DNA of 64,000 nt from Thermodesulfobacteriota bacterium (GTDB lineage Bacteria; Desulfobacterota; BSN033; UBA1163). The notes under the pieces were generated by a model. That model was not told where the DNA came from, made no database searches, and saw only the letters and a list, made by a program, of their open reading frames with translations. The position numbers were made by a program, and so were the translations under genes. The stretch's first letter is position 1, and each line of letters begins with the position of its first letter. Positions 58,261 to 64,000 of this stretch are shown here, piece by piece. The stretch is from positions 21,669 to 85,668 of the forward strand of contig JBEKWN010000008.1 of the NCBI GenBank assembly GCA_049513055.1. The letters run 5' to 3'.

Positions 58261-60231
58261 ATGAAATCGAAGTTCAAAAGATTATATCTTATTTGTCTCA
58301 TCATCTCTGTCTCGCTCTTTTTAGGTTCAGGAGTGTTGCGGGCAGCAACACCCGCTCCTGAAAAAGAAGGTGCCAAGTCCGCAGAGGTGACCAAACCTTC
58401 TGAACCTGTGAAGAAAGGGGAAAAATTTGTCGTCAAGGGTCGAGAATATTGCTATGAGTGTATTGACAACTCTGAATGTATGGGTTGCCATAGAAAAATC
58501 AGCGAGAGGAGGTTTGCCCAGTCCGTTCATGGAGCCAACTCCTGCAACAGTTGCCACTGGGATATCACGGATGTCAAGGCCCATGCCAAAGCGAGAGGGG
58601 CAAGCATTTATGCAGAACCCGTCACCTGTCATCGATGTCATAAGAAGGAAGGGGCAGAACATTATGCAAGCGCCCATTTCATCAATGACATTCAATGCAA
58701 AGACTGCCATAAAGACATCCACGAGATGACTCCGTGGAAAGGGGATAAAGTCCGAGTCATCCAAAAATGTACGACCTGCCACTCCGATGATGGTTATGCT
58801 GAGAGCGTCCACGGCAAAGCCGTCCTCGATGGAAATCCAGATTCAGCCACCTGCAGCGATTGCCACGGCCTCCATAAGATTCCCTTATTAAAAGGGGACG
58901 AACCCAAGACAGTGGCATTCCGGAAGGAGTTTCATACAGAAGTTTGCCAGAAATGTCATGCAGACAAGGAGATGATGGAGAGAAACAAGGTTTTTCTCAT
59001 CGCCACTCAGACCTATTACGAAAGTTATCATGGAAAGGTTGAGCATCTGGGCTACCCAAAATTAGTAGCGGGTTGTGCTGACTGCCACGGGTTTCACAAC
59101 ATTCTGCCTCAAGATAATCCAAAGTCTCTCATCTCTGATAAAAGGTTGGTAGAGACCTGCGGCAAATGCCACCCAGGAGCCAATGCCAACTTCGTCCAGT
59201 TCATCACCCATGCCACCCATACCGATCCAGAAAGAGAGCCAGTGCTTTATGGAACCTTCGTCCTGATGACCGGCCTCCTCGTTTCTGTCTTTGGAGTATT
59301 CTGGTTCCATGCCTTCCTCTGGTGGCGAAAGGACTTCTGGGAAAAGAGGGAGTTGAGGGCCAAAGGGATCTTTTTCCCGCAACACGTGAGACCCGATGAA
59401 GCAGGGCACATCTATCGTCGATTTAGCTTATTCGACATTGTGCTCCACTTTACGATGATGGTGACCTTTATCTGCCTTGTCCTGACCGGACTGCCATTGA
59501 AATTTTCCCATGCCCCTTGGGCCAGTGGTTTGATGCACTTTTTAGGAGGAGCTAGGATGGCTGGCTTGATCCATCGCATTTGTGCAGGCATTACTTTTGC
59601 TTATTTCGGAACGACCATGGCCTACATCTTCTATTTCCTCTTCTTTAAAAAGATCCATGGGAATCCCAATCCCTTGCAGAGACTTTTCGGCCCGGATTCA
59701 CTCTGCCCACGATGGAAAGATGTTCAAAATATCGTCGGGATGATCCAATGGTTCTTTAACAAAGGGCCGAAACCCCAGTTTGACCGATGGACCTATTGGG
59801 AGAAATTCGATTTTCTTGCTGTCTTCTGGGGAATGTTCGCCATCGGGCTTTCGGGATTGATGCTCTGGCTTCCAGAATTCTTCACCATCTTTTTACCCGG
59901 ATGGATTCTCAACATCGCCACGATCGTCCACTCGGATGAAGCGCTCTTGGCTTCCGGCTTCATCTTCACGGTTCATTTCTTCAACACCCATTTTCGACCT
60001 TCGAAGTTCCCGATTGATACAGTGATCTTCACAGGAAGGTTCCCGAAATATGAACTGGTGGAGGAACGGCTGGAACAGTATAATCGTCTGCTGGCGGAGA
60101 AGAAGTTGGAGACCTATCGGGATAAATACCCCAGCGTGGCGGCAGACCTCTTCTCAACGATTATGGGATTTGCCATGCTGGCCATTGGGCTTTTCTGCGT
60201 CTTCCTGATTGCGTGGGAATTCTTGGTATAA
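58261..60231 (+). CDS. CbcL-like quinol-oxidizing cytochrome: N-terminal periplasmic nonaheme c-type domain fused to a C-terminal dihaem cytochrome b membrane domain (FdnI/HydC-like)
   Basis: Nine CxxCH motifs in residues 60-350. A 5 TM His-rich C-terminal half follows ([26 protein letters not shown]). Confidence 0.8.
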   Translation: MKSKFKRLYLICLIISVSLFLGSGVLRAATPAPEKEGAKSAEVTKPSEPVKKGEKFVVKGREYCYECIDNSECMGCHRKISERRFAQSVHGANSCNSCHWDITDVKAHAKARGASIYAEPVTCHRCHKKEGAEHYASAHFINDIQCKDCHKDIHEMTPWKGDKVRVIQKCTTCHSDDGYAESVHGKAVLDGNPDSATCSDCHGLHKIPLLKGDEPKTVAFRKEFHTEVCQKCHADKEMMERNKVFLIATQTYYESYHGKVEHLGYPKLVAGCADCHGFHNILPQDNPKSLISDKRLVETCGKCHPGANANFVQFITHATHTDPEREPVLYGTFVLMTGLLVSVFGVFWFHAFLWWRKDFWEKRELRAKGIFFPQHVRPDEAGHIYRRFSLFDIVLHFTMMVTFICLVLTGLPLKFSHAPWASGLMHFLGGARMAGLIHRICAGITFAYFGTTMAYIFYFLFFKKIHGNPNPLQRLFGPDSLCPRWKDVQNIVGMIQWFFNKGPKPQFDRWTYWEKFDFLAVFWGMFAIGLSGLMLWLPEFFTIFLPGWILNIATIVHSDEALLASGFIFTVHFFNTHFRPSKFPIDTVIFTGRFPKYELVEERLEQYNRLLAEKKLETYRDKYPSVAADLFSTIMGFAMLAIGLFCVFLIAWEFLV

Positions 60232-60338
60232 AAATGTCTTTGCATCGTTGAGTCATAGAGTCAAAATTACGTCTTTGGGTCATGGCGTCTTTTATTTTTA
60301 AATTAAGACCCACGACTCTAGGACACTAAGATGTTTTT

Positions 60339-61922
60339 TTAGTTGGAAATTTTGCAGCCGATCTTTTCGAGATAAGCCATATAGTTAAAGGTGGGGCTTT
60401 GATCTTTGGTATGGCAGTTTCGGCAGATACCAAGGGTCACTTTCCTCTCTAAACTTCCCCTTCCCGGATGTCCCTTCCCTTCTCCGTGACAGGCTTCACA
60501 CTGCACCCCTTGAAGGTAAAAAGGGATTTCCATCACGGTTGCATACTCTCCAATCTTCCCATAGCCTGTGGAGTGGCACAACAGGCACTCCTCTTGAGCA
60601 TATTTGGGGGAAGCAGCGATGGTCTGGGAGGCCTTGGCATGTTTGGTCTTGAGCCAATTTCTGTAGTTCACTTCGTGGCATTTTTTGCAGGAGATCGCTC
60701 CAGCAAAAGGACTCGTTTTAGGAATTCGGGCGATCATCTCTTTCTCCGGTAAGTCCTTTCCAACTTCGACTGCCACTTTTGGTTTGTATAGCTTTGCCGA
60801 CTCAGCACGATATGTCTCCAGTTCCTTGATAATTTTTGGATCATCTGCCACAGCGAGTTGAACAGGGATGGCGATATGTTTGTAAAAATTTTTGTCTTCA
60901 GAGGCAAGAAGCACCTTCTCCAATTCTTTCTGTTTGGACTCCAAGATTCTCAGCTCCTTCAGCTTCATCTCATCCTGTTTTCCTGATTTTGCCATCTCCA
61001 TTTTAATTTGTGTTGAATGGGAGATCAGTCTTTCCAATTTCTTCTCTATCTCTTCCCGTTCACCAGAAATCATAAATTTAATAGGTCTTTTGGTATCCAC
61101 CAGAGAGTAATCCACTCGGCCCAAATATCCTCCTCTGGGCTCCAATCGATAAATAGCGGTTCCATCCACTCTTTCCATAACCACCCTTTTGGATTCGCCC
61201 CCTCCTCCTAAGATCAGATCGATGTCGCGATTTTCCCTGGCCAGCTTCTTATCTTTTGATTCGCCCAATTGAGAGAGGCAGGCGATTAAATCGCAATATT
61301 CCCGGAGGCTTTTGGTAAGGGTTTTTGATGTTGAAAAAGGGTCGAGAATAGATAATCCGGGATCCCTCTCCTGAAGGGTTGAGTTGAAAGTATCATCTAA
61401 GAGTCCAAATATCCCAATCTTTAGCCCTGCGATTTCTTTGATCACATAAGGTTTGAAGACACCCTTTCCAGTTTTTTTGTCCACGAGGTTGGCTGAGACA
61501 AAGGAGAACTTCGCCTTTTGGCTCACTTCAGAGAGGAATTTAAGCCCCATCATCAAATCTTTTTCGCCCACATTGACCGCATCGTATCCCATTTCGTTAT
61601 AGGATTGGACGAGGAGGTCAACACGAAGAAGGGCATCCCTGCGCTTGGTTTCTGTTTGAGGAGGTTTTCGAAAAAGAAGATTTCCGGTGTCGAGGAGAAG
61701 GATCTTTCTGCCTTCTTTCTTTATCTGATTGATGAGCGTCGATTTCTTGGCGACACCGCCAAGAGGGTTTCTGAATCACCCACAGGGCTCGACCTCACCC
61801 ATTACATCATTGGTATAAAGGATGCTGAATTGATTTTTGGGGTTGGCCTGAACAAGAGGGTTTTGGGTTAGCATTAGAATTAAAGTTGAAATGAAAAGAA
61901 AATATACTTTTCTCAATTTCAA
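60339..61922 (-). pseudogene. Secreted calcineurin-like metallophosphatase (5'-nucleotidase/UshA-like N domain) fused to a C-terminal tetraheme cytochrome c. The N-terminal region is disrupted by an in-frame TGA (61777..61779) and a frameshift near 61650..61675.
   Basis: Track ORF 60339..61592 starts mid-domain (MGYDAVNVGEKDL). Upstream, manual translation gives a TTG start with a GGAAGGAG RBS, a signal peptide, ILYTNDVMGEVEPCG-TGA-FRNPLGGVAKKSTLINQIKKEGRKILLLDTGNLLF, then a frame switch into KPPQTETKRRDALLRVDLLVQSYNEMGYDAV. C-terminal CKKCH, CLLCH, CEACH, CRNCH. Confidence 0.6.
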
Positions 61923-62025
61923 AACAAACTCCTTCCTTAAGAGATTGTATTTATTTAACCAATGGTTTTTCCGAAAGCAAGTCCATGAACGAATCTTTTC
62001 GGAGGCTTTTAGAGGGGAAACAGGG

Positions 62026-64000
62026 ATGACCCTTGAAATAATTTTGAAACTTTGTAAGAATAAGCCGTCGGGGGGAATCCGGGGGTTCCTTATGGAAACG
62101 TTAAAAGATTTTTATGATTTGGTAAAAACCTTTTGGATTGATGTTTTCAATGCTTTCAGGAGGGGAACTGAAACTCACCTTAAGGCCATAAAGATTTTCC
62201 TTGTTTTTTGCATCATTGTTTTTGTTATCCTCCTCGGAGTTCTCCTAAAATTTACAGAGTCCTCCACTTTCTGCGGCCTCTGTCACCAGATGAATGCCTA
62301 TATGGAGTCGTGGAGGACTTCCAGCCACAAGCATGTGGTATGCACAAAATGTCACTATGAACCTGGATTTATCAATCATTTGAGAGGGAAGTGGGTGGAT
62401 GGCCAGGTATCGCTGGCCTATTTTCTTTCCGGTAAAAGGCCAAACACGCCTCATGCACAGATCAGCGATGCAAGCTGCCTTCAGAAGGGTTGCCATCAGA
62501 CCGATGATCTGAAGGGAAATATGATTTACAAGAATGTGGCCTTCTCACACGGAAAACATTTAGGTGAGTTGAGAAGGGGGATGAATCTCCGTTGCACAAG
62601 CTGCCACGCTCAACTTGTTCAAGGATTGCATCTCACCGTTCATGAAATCAACTGTTTCATCTGTCACTATTACAAGGCCGGTCCGAAAGGAGAGGAAGAG
62701 TGCATTTCATGTGCCATCGGAGGGTGTACCTCCTGCCATGTCGAGCCTAAAGGGGATATCAAGGTCAAAGGTTGGAGCTTCAATCACAGAAAGTATATTG
62801 CAAGAGGGGTCGCCTGTGAGAAGTGCCATCTCAGTGTGGTTCAGGGAGATGGCCATGTCCCTGAAGGAAAGTGTCTGGAATGTCATAATGAACCTGTCCT
62901 CCTGAGTACGAAATATACCTCTCAATTTATGCATAAGAAACATGTCACCGACCACAAGATCGAATGCTCAAGTTGCCACACTCCTCTCCGCCATGAGATT
63001 GGGCAGATCCCCACCAGCACCCACGTTCCATCCAATTGTGATAAGTGTCATAACAAGGAGATGCATTTAGGACCCAGAGATTTTTACAGGGGGAGCGGAG
63101 GGATTGGCGTTCCAGACTCCCCCAGCCTCATGTTTACAACCAATGTCGACTGTATCGCCTGTCATCGAAGGGCCGAAGAAAGCAAGGCTGCACTCCACAC
63201 GACGAGATATGCGGAAAGGGTGATCGGCGAAGCCTGTGTAGACTGCCACGGGGAGGGATTCGATGATACCTTGAAGCAATGGAAAGCCCTCCTTTCCAAA
63301 TCAGAGAATGAGACGAATCAGAGGATTTTCAATGTTCAGAAAGTATTATATGAGTTTGAAAAGGCCAATGGAAGCACGGCCACCTTCAAAAAAGCCCAAA
63401 ACCTACTCAATGAAGGCCGCCATAATTACAGCTTTGTCCTTTTGGGGCAAGGCGTTCACAATGTTGAATATGCTTTCCAACTTCTCAATGCAGCGAACAA
63501 TAAGACAGAGCAGGTTTTAGCAATCATCGATAAAGGTTACAAACCTCAGGAATTTAGAACCCGCATGACCTGTACCACGCTGTGCCATGTTGGGATAGAG
63601 AAGCGGACCGTTCCTTTTAATGACATCAAATTTTCCCATGAAACCCACATTGCAGGCAATGGACAGAAGTGCTCGGATTGCCATTCTTCTCGTGAAAATC
63701 ACGGCAAAACGTTAATGAAAAATTGTGCACAATGCCATCACGGGAAGGAAATTAAGAAAGTGAAATGCGAGGATTGTCATGCCTCCATCAAAAAGCTCAT
63801 TCAAGGGAAAGGAGGCATTGGCGTTCAAGAGAGACCGAGTAATAAGTTGGATGTGGTCGAATGCATTGATTGCCATCGGGGTGTATTGGCGAAAAAGAAA
63901 GACACTTTTGATGCGATTAAGAAACGTTGCATTGAATGTCATGACCAGAGTTATGGGGAGATGGTGGTCCGATGGAAAGCGACCTCTGAAGATTTGTTGA
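62026..64000 (+). CDS. Large membrane-anchored multiheme cytochrome c (NapC/NirT/NrfH-like N-terminal quinol-dehydrogenase module plus a long multiheme extension, at least 16 CxxCH). Partial: it runs off the window end.
   Basis: Manual translation shows an open frame from ATG 62026 to position 64000 with no stop. It is absent from the ORF track for that reason. N-terminal TM helix, then CGLCH...CTKCH...CTSCH NrfH-like spacing, then many further CxxCH. Confidence 0.8.
   Translation, partial: MTLEIILKLCKNKPSGGIRGFLMETLKDFYDLVKTFWIDVFNAFRRGTETHLKAIKIFLVFCIIVFVILLGVLLKFTESSTFCGLCHQMNAYMESWRTSSHKHVVCTKCHYEPGFINHLRGKWVDGQVSLAYFLSGKRPNTPHAQISDASCLQKGCHQTDDLKGNMIYKNVAFSHGKHLGELRRGMNLRCTSCHAQLVQGLHLTVHEINCFICHYYKAGPKGEEECISCAIGGCTSCHVEPKGDIKVKGWSFNHRKYIARGVACEKCHLSVVQGDGHVPEGKCLECHNEPVLLSTKYTSQFMHKKHVTDHKIECSSCHTPLRHEIGQIPTSTHVPSNCDKCHNKEMHLGPRDFYRGSGGIGVPDSPSLMFTTNVDCIACHRRAEESKAALHTTRYAERVIGEACVDCHGEGFDDTLKQWKALLSKSENETNQRIFNVQKVLYEFEKANGSTATFKKAQNLLNEGRHNYSFVLLGQGVHNVEYAFQLLNAANNKTEQVLAIIDKGYKPQEFRTRMTCTTLCHVGIEKRTVPFNDIKFSHETHIAGNGQKCSDCHSSRENHGKTLMKNCAQCHHGKEIKKVKCEDCHASIKKLIQGKGGIGVQERPSNKLDVVECIDCHRGVLAKKKDTFDAIKKRCIECHDQSYGEMVVRWKATSEDLL

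Noticed and set aside
61518-61871. 117 aa plus-strand ORF
   Set aside because: It lies antisense to the disrupted N-terminal region of the metallophosphatase-cytochrome gene, whose reading frame (with signal peptide and the metallophosphatase motifs) is on the minus strand.

Overview
This 64 kb window looks like a gene-dense chromosomal segment of an anaerobic bacterium with moderate GC. Most genes in the first 30 kb are on the minus strand. The phylum guess is low confidence: Nitrospirota, Thermodesulfovibrio-like, or Desulfobacterota-like.

Main content:
- Oxidative-stress genes: a Tat-signal Fe/Mn superoxide dismutase, a bacterioferritin-like protein, rubredoxin, two ferritin/rubrerythrin-like proteins, two AhpD-like proteins, an Isf-type flavoprotein and a Usp protein.
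- A four-subunit 2-oxoacid:ferredoxin oxidoreductase operon in which the beta subunit carries a C-terminal cytochrome b5-like domain.
- Three two-component systems and one sigma-54 activator.
- An OMF-MFP-RND efflux operon, groES-groEL, a sugar ABC transporter, and a tartrate-dehydrogenase plus DASS-transporter pair.
- Three large multiheme cytochrome genes at the 3' end: a CbcL-like nonaheme c plus dihaem b fusion, a metallophosphatase-tetraheme fusion, and a NapC/NrfH-like cytochrome with at least 16 hemes that runs off the window. The supplied ORF track does not list this last gene because its reading frame is open to the window end.

What stands out:
- Gene decay: in-frame stop codons interrupt the DedA gene, prmA and the metallophosphatase-cytochrome gene, and the 5' region holds 3' remnants of mgtA and degP.
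- A near-identical duplicated YgiT-type zinc-finger mini-gene. One copy sits behind a candidate sigma-54 promoter, directly downstream of an NtrC-family activator.
- A short dispersed GCATAGCG intergenic repeat family.
- Several small real genes fall below the ORF-track size cutoff: rubredoxin, a Zn-ribbon protein and both YgiT copies.

I found no rRNA, tRNA, CRISPR array or obvious mobile element.
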